Shown: one piece after another, positions 20,957 to 30,368 of the stretch | Position numbering within the stretch: position 1 is the first letter of the stretch | Layout of the letters: each line of letters opens with the position of its first letter | Assembly (NCBI GenBank): GCA_965649295.1 | Contig: CBFGKH010000009.1 | Location: 32,001-96,000, forward strand | Origin: a candidate division WOR-3 bacterium | Lineage (GTDB): Bacteria > Hydrothermota > Tepidihabitantia > Tepidihabitantales > Tepidihabitantaceae | DNA length: 64,000 bases | Direction of reading: 5' to 3' | Notes under the pieces: model-generated | What the model was told of the DNA's origin: nothing | Database searches by the model: none | What the model saw: only the letters and a program-made list of their open reading frames with translations | Position numbers and translations under genes: made by a program

Positions 20957-21121
20957 TCAGCGCTTGATTGGACGTCGGCGAGACGAACTGTTGCCTCTGT
21001 CCTGCTCCTCGGCCGACTCCTCCATGCACGAGTCGAAGTAACGGCACTGCGGGCAACAATCGTCTGATAATTTGCCTTTGGCCCGACAAAGTTCGTAGCC
21101 AGAGCACGCACGACAGCACAT
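20957..21121 (-). CDS. Small cysteine-rich protein, 54 aa (not in the ORF track)
   Basis: AAGGAGG SD, then MCCRACSGYELCRAKGKLSDDCCPQCRYFDSCMEESAEEQDRGNSSSRRRPIKR; duplicated CCxxCxx[YF]xxC. Confidence 0.75.
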   Translation of the reverse strand: MCCRACSGYELCRAKGKLSDDCCPQCRYFDSCMEESAEEQDRGNSSSRRRPIKR

Positions 21122-21183
21122 TGCCTACAGCCTCCTTGGGTGAAAGGAGTAAGTGTGGCGACCGACGGAGACCAGGGTTCTGT

Positions 21184-22017
21184 TCAAGACCGACCACCAA
21201 CCAGTAATACTAGTTCTCGTACCAGTTCAGCGGCAACAACCGCACCGGTCGATGGTTGAACAGTTCTTGGGCACACTTCGACTAGGTCAGCACCGACGAC
21301 ATTAAGGTCGGCAAGGAGCGCCAGCGAGTGTACCAGTTCGCGAAACTGACATCCGCCTGGTTCAGGAGTCTGCACATCAGGCATCGTACCCGGGTCGAGA
21401 ACATCGACATCAAGCGTTACATAGACTGGACGGCTGCCGATCGCGCCGACAATGCTGCGGGTTGGTTCTGCTACATCAAAAGGAAACAGGTTCTGTTCCG
21501 ACATTTCCTCGGGACGTGAGAAAGACCTGACGCCGAGTTGGAAAAGTGCCGAGCGAGGGATGACGTCGAGGACGCGCCGCATAGCCGTGGCGTGGCAGGT
21601 TACCTCTCCGAGAAACTCGTCACGTAAATCAGAGTGGGCGTCGTACTGAATCACGCAAAGATCGGGATAGCGTCGAGCCAGTTCGGTAACGATTGGCACG
21701 GTGATAGTGTGTTCACCGCCAATAGCAACCTGTCGGCGATGAGCGTCGTAATGGGACTTGGTCACGGTGGTGATCAGTTCGAGCGGGGCGAGTGGTGTAG
21801 CGAAGCTGAACTGGATGTTACCGGCGTCGTAGATGCGGAGCCGAGCGGTATCACGTCGAAGATAGGGACTAAACGTTTCGACATTGTCGGCGCCAAGACG
21901 AGCGATGTCAGGCCCAAAGCGTGAGCCGGATGCAAAAGAACTGGTTCGGTCCAGTGGCATGCCGATAACGATTACATCAGCGTCGCTGACATCGGACTGA
22001 GCGTAGTAGAATGTCAT
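21184..22017 (-). CDS. speB: Agmatinase (ureohydrolase family)
   Basis: GSRFGP, GGEH, DAHSD, DVDVLDP, TPEPGG, DLVE; ATG 22017 fits the upstream promoter. Confidence 0.88.
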   Translation of the reverse strand: MTFYYAQSDVSDADVIVIGMPLDRTSSFASGSRFGPDIARLGADNVETFSPYLRRDTARLRIYDAGNIQFSFATPLAPLELITTVTKSHYDAHRRQVAIGGEHTITVPIVTELARRYPDLCVIQYDAHSDLRDEFLGEVTCHATAMRRVLDVIPRSALFQLGVRSFSRPEEMSEQNLFPFDVAEPTRSIVGAIGSRPVYVTLDVDVLDPGTMPDVQTPEPGGCQFRELVHSLALLADLNVVGADLVEVCPRTVQPSTGAVVAAELVRELVLLVGGRS

Positions 22018-22027
22018 TCTTGCATCG

Positions 22028-22097
22028 AGCATAGCTGCACCGAAGTTTGAGTCAAGCAACTGCCTAGCGTTGACAGACCCTGAGCTTGTGGTAGCCT
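22028..22097. promoter_or_regulatory. Back-to-back divergent promoters (speB / lpxB)
   Basis: Minus: TTGACT-N16-TATGCT (22055-22028); plus: TTGACA-N16-TAGCCT (22070-22097); each -10 is 10 nt from its ATG. Confidence 0.65.
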
Positions 22098-22107
22098 GTC
22101 GCTGCTG

Positions 22108-23142
22108 ATGCGAGTTGTGGTTTCCGCTGCCGAACCATCGGCCGAAGTACTGGCCGCTGAACTATCTCGTGAGATTGGCGTGTTCGACAGGGACTGCGAG
22201 GTCCTGCGTCTTCAAAGTTGGGTGTCCACCGCACCGGTTTTGGGGTTTGTGCACGGTGTAGCACTCGCGGCAAGTCTAAGTCAAGCCATAGGACGGGCAG
22301 TGCAAGTTGTCGATGCGCTCAAACCGGGGATTGTTGTGCTGATTTCCTATTCAAGCTGGCACCTTCCGTTTGGTCTCGCTTTGCGTCGGCGTGGTTATAG
22401 GGTTGTAGTACTGGCACCTCCGCAATTCTGGGCCTGGGCAGGTTGGCGGGTTCGGCTGCTTGCCCGGGCAGCCGATGTAGTTGTCTGTCTTTTTGGGTTT
22501 GAAGAACAGCTGCTGCGGCGTAGCGGAGTCAACGCGTGTTATTTCGGCTACCCTCTATTTGATAGTATCGTGAGACAGGCGCAATGCACGCCAACGCCGA
22601 ACAATGGGAGACGTTTAGTCCTTCTACCAGGGTCCAGGGCTAATGAGCTGAAATTGCATCATCGATTGTTTGTCGCCACTGCACGGATGCTCAAAGATTG
22701 GTTTCCTGACTGTTCGTGGAGATTCCTCAGTCCAACCGATGCGATGCGCTACGCCGAGATGGCCCAGGCGACTGCTGCGATCGCGGCATCAGGCACAGCA
22801 ACGCTGGAGCTGGCAATTATCGGAGTACCGATGGTGGTCTGCTACCGCCTTCCGTTGGCGGAACTGGTTCTTGCCCGGCTCTTGGTGCGTACGAGGTATT
22901 TCGCACTGCCGAACATTATCGCCCGAACAAGAATTGTGCCCGAGCTACTGAATCCAAAAGTGGATGAAATAGCTGCTGCTGTGGCTACCATCTTGCAGAG
23001 CGAGGAGCGGCGTCAGGAGATGAGGGCCGCGCTAAAGGGTTTGGTCGATGTCATTGGTCCAACTGGCGCAATGTCCAAAATCGCCCGACTCATTCTTGAT
23101 CTCGGTAGTAGTCATTCGCATCGAGTGATTCGGTCGGCTTGA
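22108..23142 (+). CDS. lpxB: Lipid-A-disaccharide synthase, divergent
   Basis: SAAEPSA, PPQFWAW, GYPL.D, LLPGSR..E, SGTATLELA, PMVVCY, LPNII. Confidence 0.85.
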   Translation: MRVVVSAAEPSAEVLAAELSREIGVFDRDCEVLRLQSWVSTAPVLGFVHGVALAASLSQAIGRAVQVVDALKPGIVVLISYSSWHLPFGLALRRRGYRVVVLAPPQFWAWAGWRVRLLARAADVVVCLFGFEEQLLRRSGVNACYFGYPLFDSIVRQAQCTPTPNNGRRLVLLPGSRANELKLHHRLFVATARMLKDWFPDCSWRFLSPTDAMRYAEMAQATAAIAASGTATLELAIIGVPMVVCYRLPLAELVLARLLVRTRYFALPNIIARTRIVPELLNPKVDEIAAAVATILQSEERRQEMRAALKGLVDVIGPTGAMSKIARLILDLGSSHSHRVIRSA

Positions 23143-23176
23143 CTTCGATACGGCTTTCAATATCCTAAGCGCACCT

Positions 23177-24298
23177 ATGGCACACGCATATACTCCCGGC
23201 TTGAAAGTCACTGCCCGGACTTTGGTTCGTAAGCAGCGTCGTCTTCCGTTGCCGGGTGAGACTCTTGTGGTTCAGGGTGAACAGGTGACGGGTGACACGA
23301 TTGTTGCACGGACGGAATTGCCGGGTAACGTTCAGACAGTGAACGTCGGCGGTTTGCTGGGTGTTCCACCGGAAGATGTTCCGAGTCTGATGACCAAGCG
23401 GGTCGGCGACACTGTCAAGAAAGACGAAGTCATTGCTCTTTCGAAGGGTTTTCTCGGTCTTTTTAAGTCGGAGGTCAGAGCGCCAGTTGCTGGGACAATT
23501 GAGAATGTGTCGCCGGTCACAGGTCAGGTCATTCTGCGGGAGCCGCCGGAGCCAGTTCAAATTGATGCCTATGTCGCAGGCATCGTCAGTGAGGTGATTC
23601 CCCGTGAAGGGGTGATTATTGAGACTGAGGCGAGCCTCGTTCAGGGCATCTTCGGGGTCGGCGGCGAGGTTCGTGGCGCAATCAGGTTGATTGCCAAGTC
23701 ACCTGATGATGTAGTTACTGCCGAGCAAATTGGTGCCGACTGCCAGGGTAAGGTCCTGATTGGTGGGTCACTGATTACTTATGAGGCGATTGCCGCAGCT
23801 CTTGAGGTTGGAGCCAAAGCTATCATCGCTGGTGGCATTGAGGATGGGACTCTGCGGAAATTCCTTGGTTACGACATTGGCGTGGCAATCACCGGCTCTG
23901 AGAAGAAGGGGCTCACATTGGTTGCGACTGAAGGTTTTGGTCGTATGCGAATGGCTGGACGGACGTTCGAACTGTTGCGGTCGCTCGAGGGAAGAATGGC
24001 ATCAGTGAATGGTGCTACTCAGATTCGCGCCGGCGTTATTAGGCCGGAAGTTATTGTCCCGGCTGCCGAGAAAGGAATCGAGACGAGCAGGAGTCAGATT
24101 GAACAGGGGTTGGCCCTCGGCTTGCCAGTGCGCATCATTCGTCAGCCGCACTTCGGTGAAATCGGCCGCGTGATTGATCTGCCGGTTGAGCTTCAGGAGA
24201 TTGAGACCGAGGCACGCTGTCGGGTGCTGACGGTTGAACTTGAAACTGGCGAACGCGTGACTCTGCCACGTGCCAACGTTGAGATAATCGAAGGCTAG
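23177..24298 (+). CDS. Conserved hypothetical protein (hybrid-motif hairpins, C-terminal KOW/SH3-like segment)
   Basis: 373 aa ORF; VRAPVAGTIENV hairpin, TEGFG, ATQIRAGVIRPE, VRIIRQPHFG; own promoter TTGACT-N16-TATCCT at 23139-23166. Confidence 0.75.
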   Translation: MAHAYTPGLKVTARTLVRKQRRLPLPGETLVVQGEQVTGDTIVARTELPGNVQTVNVGGLLGVPPEDVPSLMTKRVGDTVKKDEVIALSKGFLGLFKSEVRAPVAGTIENVSPVTGQVILREPPEPVQIDAYVAGIVSEVIPREGVIIETEASLVQGIFGVGGEVRGAIRLIAKSPDDVVTAEQIGADCQGKVLIGGSLITYEAIAAALEVGAKAIIAGGIEDGTLRKFLGYDIGVAITGSEKKGLTLVATEGFGRMRMAGRTFELLRSLEGRMASVNGATQIRAGVIRPEVIVPAAEKGIETSRSQIEQGLALGLPVRIIRQPHFGEIGRVIDLPVELQEIETEARCRVLTVELETGERVTLPRANVEIIEG

Positions 24299-24301
24299 GT
24301 C

Positions 24302-25192
24302 TTGCTGCGGTCGTTGCTGCTGCTGCTACTGCCTTTGACTCTAACAAATGGCACAGGAAGGAAAGAAGGGTTCTCGTCGCTCAAGATACTGCCGGGTGCA
24401 CGCGAAGCAGGGATGGGGGGGAGTGGTGTCGCCGTCGCTTTCGGCCCGCAGGCTATTGCTCTTAACCCGGCAGCGGTGGCCGAGTTCAGAACATTTGGCG
24501 TTGCTGTCGGTTACACCGATTGGTTGTTGGATACCCGTCTTCAATCGGTATTCGCCGGTCGCAAGTTAAGCTGGCTGGCAGTTGCGGTTGGTGTAGTGAG
24601 CTTTACCGGTGGCCAGTTCGAGTACCGGCTCAAACCGAGTGACGAGCCGTTGGGAACATTTGAGCCAACGGACCTGTCGGTCTATACATCGCTTGGTCGG
24701 ATGCTTGGACGCAAGGTCAGCTTTGGCCTGACCGGTCGTTTTTTTACTGCTCGACTGCTTGAACACAGTGCTAGCGGGTTTGGTATTGATGTCGGTCTGC
24801 GGTTGCGACCTATTGCCGGGGTCGCACTAGGCGCATCGCTCGTTGATTTTGGACGAACCCCCTACTACGAACGTGAGGTTTTCTGGTTACCGACTCGTGT
24901 CCGGCTTGGAGCTGGTTATGATTGGCGTTTAGCTGCGCAGTTGCGTCTAGCGCTGGCGCTCGACGGCAGTTACTATCTCTACCAGAAAGGATTAGGCGGT
25001 CACTTCGGACTCGAGCTCGTTTGGAATGACATGTTAGCAATTCGGGGCGGTTACGAGGCGACTGCTGGTGTTGGTCGTATGAGCGGCGGTCTCGGACTGC
25101 GATCAGGTCTATTCGGCGTTGATTACGCGTTGGCGTCGCTCGCAGCTGGTTTCGGTGTTGTTCAACGTTTTGGAGTTTCATTAGGGCGTTAG
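24302..25192 (+). CDS. PorV/PorQ-family outer-membrane beta-barrel
   Basis: Signal peptide; LKILPGAREAGMG, NPA, alternating beta-strand pattern, IRGGY, GVDYA. Confidence 0.8.
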   Translation: MLRSLLLLLLPLTLTNGTGRKEGFSSLKILPGAREAGMGGSGVAVAFGPQAIALNPAAVAEFRTFGVAVGYTDWLLDTRLQSVFAGRKLSWLAVAVGVVSFTGGQFEYRLKPSDEPLGTFEPTDLSVYTSLGRMLGRKVSFGLTGRFFTARLLEHSASGFGIDVGLRLRPIAGVALGASLVDFGRTPYYEREVFWLPTRVRLGAGYDWRLAAQLRLALALDGSYYLYQKGLGGHFGLELVWNDMLAIRGGYEATAGVGRMSGGLGLRSGLFGVDYALASLAAGFGVVQRFGVSLGR

Positions 25193-25200
25193 GGGGCACA

Positions 25201-26145
25201 ATGGCTGAGGGCTGGCTGGATTTCGAGGAACCACTAGCTCAACTTGTCTCACGACTAGAAGAACTGACGGCTATCGGTGCAAGAGATGAAGCGGCTCGGG
25301 TTAGCGAACAGATTCAAAAGCTCAAGACCAAGCTATATTCGGATCTTACGCCCTGGCAGCGGGTGCTACTTGCTCGTCATCCACGTCGGCCGTACATTCT
25401 TGATTACATTCCGCGGATTACGAGTGAGTTCGTAGAATTGCATGGCGACCGCCGTTTCGCCGACGATCCGGCGCTGGTGGCTGGTTTTGGTTTGATTGAC
25501 GGAATCCCTTTTGCCATCGTTGGTCAACAGAAAGGACGCGACACCAAGGAGAAGCTTGCCCGTAACTTCGGAATGCCTCACCCAGAGGGCTACCGTAAGG
25601 CATTGCGGGTGATGGAGCTTGCCGCCAGGTTTGGTCGGCCGATTCTGTCGCTGGTGGATGTTGCTGGCGCCTATCCTGGTGTTGGGGCGGAGGAGCGTGG
25701 TCAGGCAGAGGCGATTGCGACCTGCCTGCGGGAAATGGCAATGCTGCCGGTGCCATTTGTTTCAATCATCACTGGTGAGGGTGGTTCGGGTGGGGCTCTG
25801 GCGATTGCTGTCGGTAATCGTGTACTAATGCAGGAGAACGCGGTCTATTCGGTCATTACGCCAGAAGGATGTGCTTCGATTCTCTGGCGTGATGGTTCTC
25901 GGGCAGAAGAAGCGGCCAAGGTGATGCGAATGACCGCTCGGGAGCTGGCGGATTTTGGTATTATTGATGGCATCGTGCCTGAGCCCTTGGGCGGTGCCCA
26001 CCAGGATTGGGACGAAGCAGCTCAACTACTCAAGGCAGCAGTCCTGGCTAACTACCGGGAGCTTGTAGGCTTGGCCCCGCAGGAGCTCGTCGAGCGACGT
26101 ATCGAGCGGCTACGTGGCATTGGCGCATATGCCAACAGCGCCTGA
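25201..26145 (+). CDS. accA: Acetyl-CoA carboxylase carboxyltransferase alpha subunit
   Basis: LDFEEP, ARHPRRP, ELHGDR, NFGMPHPEGYRKA, GEGGSGGALA. Confidence 0.96.
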   Translation: MAEGWLDFEEPLAQLVSRLEELTAIGARDEAARVSEQIQKLKTKLYSDLTPWQRVLLARHPRRPYILDYIPRITSEFVELHGDRRFADDPALVAGFGLIDGIPFAIVGQQKGRDTKEKLARNFGMPHPEGYRKALRVMELAARFGRPILSLVDVAGAYPGVGAEERGQAEAIATCLREMAMLPVPFVSIITGEGGSGGALAIAVGNRVLMQENAVYSVITPEGCASILWRDGSRAEEAAKVMRMTARELADFGIIDGIVPEPLGGAHQDWDEAAQLLKAAVLANYRELVGLAPQELVERRIERLRGIGAYANSA

Positions 26146-27031
26146 GTCGGCGTCGGTCTTTCGCTCCGGCTACGTTGCACTTATTGGCATGCCCAATGCT
26201 GGCAAGTCCACACTAGTTAATGCTCTTTTGCAGTTGCACATTGTGGCGGTCGCGCCACGCCCGCAGACGACTAGACATCGAATTCTCGGCATACTGAACG
26301 GCCCGGACCATCAGATTCTCCTTATCGATACGCCAGGGCTGCTTCAGCCGAAGTATGCTTTGCAGAAACTGATGAAGCTTGAGATCGAACGGGCGCTAGG
26401 CGATGCCGACCTGGTGCTCGCAGTTGTGGATGCAACCGTCGGGTTGGAGCAGCTCGATCGCCTACTGCCAATTGTCGCTGGTCGGCGAGCATTGTTTGCT
26501 GTGAACAAGGTAGATGCGATCAAAGACAAGACATTGTTGCTGCCAATCGCCGAGAGATTGGCAGCGGCTGGGCAGAATGATGTGCTGATGGTTTCGGCAT
26601 TACGAGGAGATGGAATTGTTGAACTCCGGCAGGCAATTGTTCGTCTGTTACCGCCGGGTCCTGCATTCTATCCGCAAGACCAAGTGACAGCACTGAACGA
26701 GCGCTTCTTTGTTGCCGAGTTCATTCGCGAGGCAATCTTCAATCTCTACGGAGCGGAGATACCATACTCGACGACCGTGGAGATAGAGGAATTTGTTGAG
26801 CGCGAGGGACGCAAGGACTACATCAAGGCAGTAATCTATGTTGAACGTGAGTCGCAAAAGGCGATTCTTATCGGTAAAGACGGTAAGGCGCTCAAGCGCG
26901 TCGGAGCTGCCGCCCGTCGCAATATCGAGGCGTTTCTGGAACGACCAGTCTATCTGGAGCTTTGGGTCAAGGTGGCAGAGGCCTGGCGTGAGAATGAGCG
27001 TTTCATCAGACAGCACATCTACGGCCACTGA
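26129..27031 (+). CDS. era: GTPase Era
   Basis: GMPNAGKSTL, PQTTR, DTPG, NKVD, EIPY, KH domain ILIGKDG, LELWVKV. Confidence 0.96.
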   Translation: MPTAPESASVFRSGYVALIGMPNAGKSTLVNALLQLHIVAVAPRPQTTRHRILGILNGPDHQILLIDTPGLLQPKYALQKLMKLEIERALGDADLVLAVVDATVGLEQLDRLLPIVAGRRALFAVNKVDAIKDKTLLLPIAERLAAAGQNDVLMVSALRGDGIVELRQAIVRLLPPGPAFYPQDQVTALNERFFVAEFIREAIFNLYGAEIPYSTTVEIEEFVEREGRKDYIKAVIYVERESQKAILIGKDGKALKRVGAAARRNIEAFLERPVYLELWVKVAEAWRENERFIRQHIYGH

Positions 27032-27449
27032 GGTCCGGGAGCAGTTTTCAGATCGTACGTAACACCTTCGGGTACAGTACTTATACGCAGGGCCCGGGAC
27101 GTCTTGGGACAGTTGATGCGAAATCGCGCCCGTTCTAGATGAGCCGAGTGTGCTGGCTGAAATGGGGTACTTGTCCGTCTCCCGTTGGTGCTTTCTATCT
27201 CCTTGTGGGTTCGCATGATTTATCTGTGCTTTTTGTCTATGCTATAGCTGCTGATCAGGCTGGGGAGAAACCGGCGACCGATGTTGATATGATGTGTTCT
27301 TGTTGTTGCCGACGAGAGAGGTCAACGCTTACTCCCTTTCTTGATGAATATCGTCCTTGCGGTTTTGACGTGCGCACGATGCTATTGAGCCTTACGCCTG
27401 GCGGGTTGAATGCTTGACTTGCTTGGGCTTGAGTTTATGATAGCGGCCA

Positions 27450-27953
27450 GTGCGTATTGCCAGCAGACCACGCAGGTACAGTCGGAGCTGTAGGTTTGGC
27501 CCCGGTGGTGTCCGAGTCTGCTTCGATTCAGGTCGTGTCGCCGGTGTTGATTTCGTTACCAGGCTCACGGCGCACGACACTGACCTTGTCCGTTTGCTTG
27601 AGCGTGCGCTGGACGGTCGGCCGCTTCACGGTGGCCAGAAGCTCGTGTCATTCTGTCAGTCGAGCTTCACCCGCCGTGTCCTTGCGGTCTGCGCCAAGAT
27701 TAGGCCGGGAAGCGTCATGACCTACGCTGAGCTAGCGAGAGCTGCTGGCCGACCCAATGCCGCACGGGCTGTGGGCCAGGTGATGCGGCACAATCGGTTC
27801 CCGCTGTTCATTCCCTGCCACCGTGTTGTCTGTTCTGATTTTCGGCTTGGCGGATTCAGTGGCGGCTTGAAGATGAAAGAGTTTTTGCTTGAGCGTGAGG
27901 GCTGGCAGTTTGCCGGTGCTGGCCGTAGTCGGCGGTTGGTAGCTATAGGATGA
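27450..27953 (+). CDS. ogt: Methylated-DNA--protein-cysteine methyltransferase
   Basis: TYAELA, AARAVG, IPCHRVV; promoter TTGACT-N16-TATGAT at 27414-27441. Confidence 0.9.
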   Translation: MRIASRPRRYSRSCRFGPGGVRVCFDSGRVAGVDFVTRLTAHDTDLVRLLERALDGRPLHGGQKLVSFCQSSFTRRVLAVCAKIRPGSVMTYAELARAAGRPNAARAVGQVMRHNRFPLFIPCHRVVCSDFRLGGFSGGLKMKEFLLEREGWQFAGAGRSRRLVAIG

Positions 27954-28570
27954 GTCTGCGGGTTGAGAGAATCGTCGTAGGCCCACTGGCAACGAATTGC
28001 TACGTTGTTGAGTCGGCAAACGAGCTGGCGGTGATCGATCCCGGTGCAGAGGCGGATTCGATCCTTGCCAGGGTTACCGAATTGGGCGGGGTGGTTCGTT
28101 TTGTGATTGACACGCACGGTCACATTGACCACATTGGTGCGAATCGGCCACTGATCGAAGCTACTGGCGCCCCATTGTTGATTGGTGAATTGGATGCTGC
28201 AATGCTGATGCAGCCTGACCAGAGCTTGGCTTTCATGCTTGGTGCAAAGGTTGACGCGCTGACGCCAACGCGATTGTTACGCGACGGCGATCGACTCCAA
28301 GTTGGTCAGCATGAGCTCTCGGTCATGCATACGCCTGGGCACACGCCGGGCGGAATCTGTCTAATTGGTGACGGCCTAGCATTCACTGGGGACACGCTTT
28401 TTTTGGATTCGATCGGCCGAGTTGACTTTCCGGGCGGGTCGGAGGAGCAAATGATGGCTTCACTGCAGCGGTTGCAGATGGTGTTGCGACGTGATATGAT
28501 GCTGTACCCCGGCCATGGCGAACCAGGCAGTTTTTGCCGGGCGTTACTTATCAACCCTTTTCTGCATTGA
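27950..28570 (+). CDS. MBL-fold metallohydrolase (glyoxalase II-like)
   Basis: THGHIDH, HTPGHTPG, GDTLF, PGHG. Confidence 0.92.
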   Translation: MSLRVERIVVGPLATNCYVVESANELAVIDPGAEADSILARVTELGGVVRFVIDTHGHIDHIGANRPLIEATGAPLLIGELDAAMLMQPDQSLAFMLGAKVDALTPTRLLRDGDRLQVGQHELSVMHTPGHTPGGICLIGDGLAFTGDTLFLDSIGRVDFPGGSEEQMMASLQRLQMVLRRDMMLYPGHGEPGSFCRALLINPFLH

Positions 28571-28615
28571 CTGTGGGTGGCGATGAACATTAGTGAATAG
28601 ATGAGAGGAGGCAAT

Positions 28616-29719
28616 GTGCCCAAGATTAGAGTTGGCTTGATTGGTGTCGGTAACTGCGCGAGTAGCCTTGTGCAAGGCGTACATTACTACCGCAACGCCA
28701 AAGACGGCGAATCAATACCCGGAATAATGCATCCCAGCCTTGGTGGTTATCACATCGGTGACATTGAGTTCACGGTGGCGATTGACATTGACAAGCGTAA
28801 GGTCGGCAAAGACTTATCGCAGGCAATCTATACCTATCCTAACAATACTTGGAAGTTCGCTGACGTTCCGAAGACCGGCGTAAAGGTACTGCGGGGAATG
28901 ACCCACGATGGTCTGGGTTACTATCTTTCACAGGTGATTGAGAAAGCACCAGGCCCGACAGCTGACATCGTTCGGGCATTGAAGGAGAGCAAGACCGACG
29001 TGGTTGTTAACTTCTTGCCAGTGGGCAGCGAGGAGGCCACGAAATGGTACGTTGAGCAAGTACTCAAAGCCGGCTGTGCGTTTGTCAACGGCATCCCGGT
29101 GTTTATCGCGTCGCAGAAGTATTGGCACCGGCGGTTCAAGGCAGCCGGGCTGCCGGTGCTCGGTGATGACATCAAATCGCAGGTTGGAGCGACGATTGTT
29201 CACCGGACACTAGTCTCGCTCTTCAATGATCGTGGGGTCAAGCTGCTGAAGACCATGCAGTTAAATGTCGGCGGCAACACCGATTTTCTCAATATGCTCG
29301 AACGGGAACGGTTGCACTCGAAGAAGATCTCCAAAACCGGTGCGGTGACGTCGTTGCTTAAGTATGATATTGGTGCCGAGAACGTTCATGTTGGCCCGTC
29401 AGACTACGTTGCCTGGCTCAAAGATCGCAAATGGTGCTACCTGCGTATGGAAGGGCAGACTTTTGGCGACGTACCGCTCAATATTGAGCTGAAGCTGGAA
29501 GTCTGGGATTCACCAAATTCAGCGGGCGTGATGATTGATGCTATCCGTTGTGCCAAGCTTGCTCTCGACCACAAGCTGTCCGGCAGTATCATTGAACCAT
29601 CGAGCTACTTCTTCAAGACGCCGCCGGTCCAGTTTCCAGACGACGTCTGTCGCGATAAGACCGAGGCTTTTGCCCGGCGTTATGGGCTCAAGTCCAGCGT
29701 GAAGTCAAAGACTCGATAG
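28616..29719 (+). CDS. ino1: myo-inositol-1-phosphate synthase
   Basis: [49 protein letters not shown] start after SD GGAGG. Confidence 0.93.
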   Translation: MPKIRVGLIGVGNCASSLVQGVHYYRNAKDGESIPGIMHPSLGGYHIGDIEFTVAIDIDKRKVGKDLSQAIYTYPNNTWKFADVPKTGVKVLRGMTHDGLGYYLSQVIEKAPGPTADIVRALKESKTDVVVNFLPVGSEEATKWYVEQVLKAGCAFVNGIPVFIASQKYWHRRFKAAGLPVLGDDIKSQVGATIVHRTLVSLFNDRGVKLLKTMQLNVGGNTDFLNMLERERLHSKKISKTGAVTSLLKYDIGAENVHVGPSDYVAWLKDRKWCYLRMEGQTFGDVPLNIELKLEVWDSPNSAGVMIDAIRCAKLALDHKLSGSIIEPSSYFFKTPPVQFPDDVCRDKTEAFARRYGLKSSVKSKTR

Positions 29720-29732
29720 AAGCGCGGCCGAA

Positions 29733-30368
29733 TTGAAGCGCGGCGTCCTCATTACTTTCGAGGGTGTCGAGGGTTCGGGCAAGTCAACCCAGGCACAACG
29801 ACTGCATGGTTGGTTACGGAGCCAGGGATTAGACTGTGTGCTCTCGCGTGAACCTGGTGGAACGCGGATTGGTGACAGAATTCGTGATATTCTGCTCGAT
29901 CCTGCCAATGCAGCAATGGACAGCCGGACGGAGTTACTGCTCTACTTGGCAAGTCGAAATCAGCATGTCCGCGAATTGGTGCTGCCAGCAATCCAAGTGG
30001 GCAGAATCGTCATCCTTGATCGCTATGCCGATTCCTCGGTTGCCTATCAGGGTTTCGGCCGCGGCCTCGGCGAGCGGCTCGTATCTCGGCTAAACAAGTT
30101 CGCCACTGCTGGGATCAGGCCGCAGCTTACCTTATTGGTGGACATCCCTGTTTCGTTGGGGCAGCATCGTAAGGCAGCAACTCGGCTTGACAGACTTGAA
30201 CAGGAGCGGGTAGAATTTCACGAGCGCGTAAGAGCCGGGTATCTACGACTGGCACGGCGGGCCGCTGGCCGCTGGCGGGTCCTCGATGGCCGGCGACCGG
30301 CTGATGAAATTGAGAAAGAGATTCGCGGACTGGTGACTGAGCTACTAACTCGAAAGGGATTACTCTAG
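29733..30368 (+). CDS. tmk: Thymidylate kinase
   Basis: FEGVEGSGKSTQ, REPGGT, DRYADSSVAYQG. Confidence 0.96.
   Translation: MKRGVLITFEGVEGSGKSTQAQRLHGWLRSQGLDCVLSREPGGTRIGDRIRDILLDPANAAMDSRTELLLYLASRNQHVRELVLPAIQVGRIVILDRYADSSVAYQGFGRGLGERLVSRLNKFATAGIRPQLTLLVDIPVSLGQHRKAATRLDRLEQERVEFHERVRAGYLRLARRAAGRWRVLDGRRPADEIEKEIRGLVTELLTRKGLL

Noticed and set aside
20878..21207. ORF-track calls 20878-21111, 20934-21200 and 20968-21207
   Set aside because: The 54-aa Cys-rich frame has the strong SD and patterned sequence; the others overlap neighbours and lack features
27139..27417. 92-aa ORF between era and ogt
   Set aside because: No SD, no recognisable motif, and it runs into the ogt promoter; unsupported
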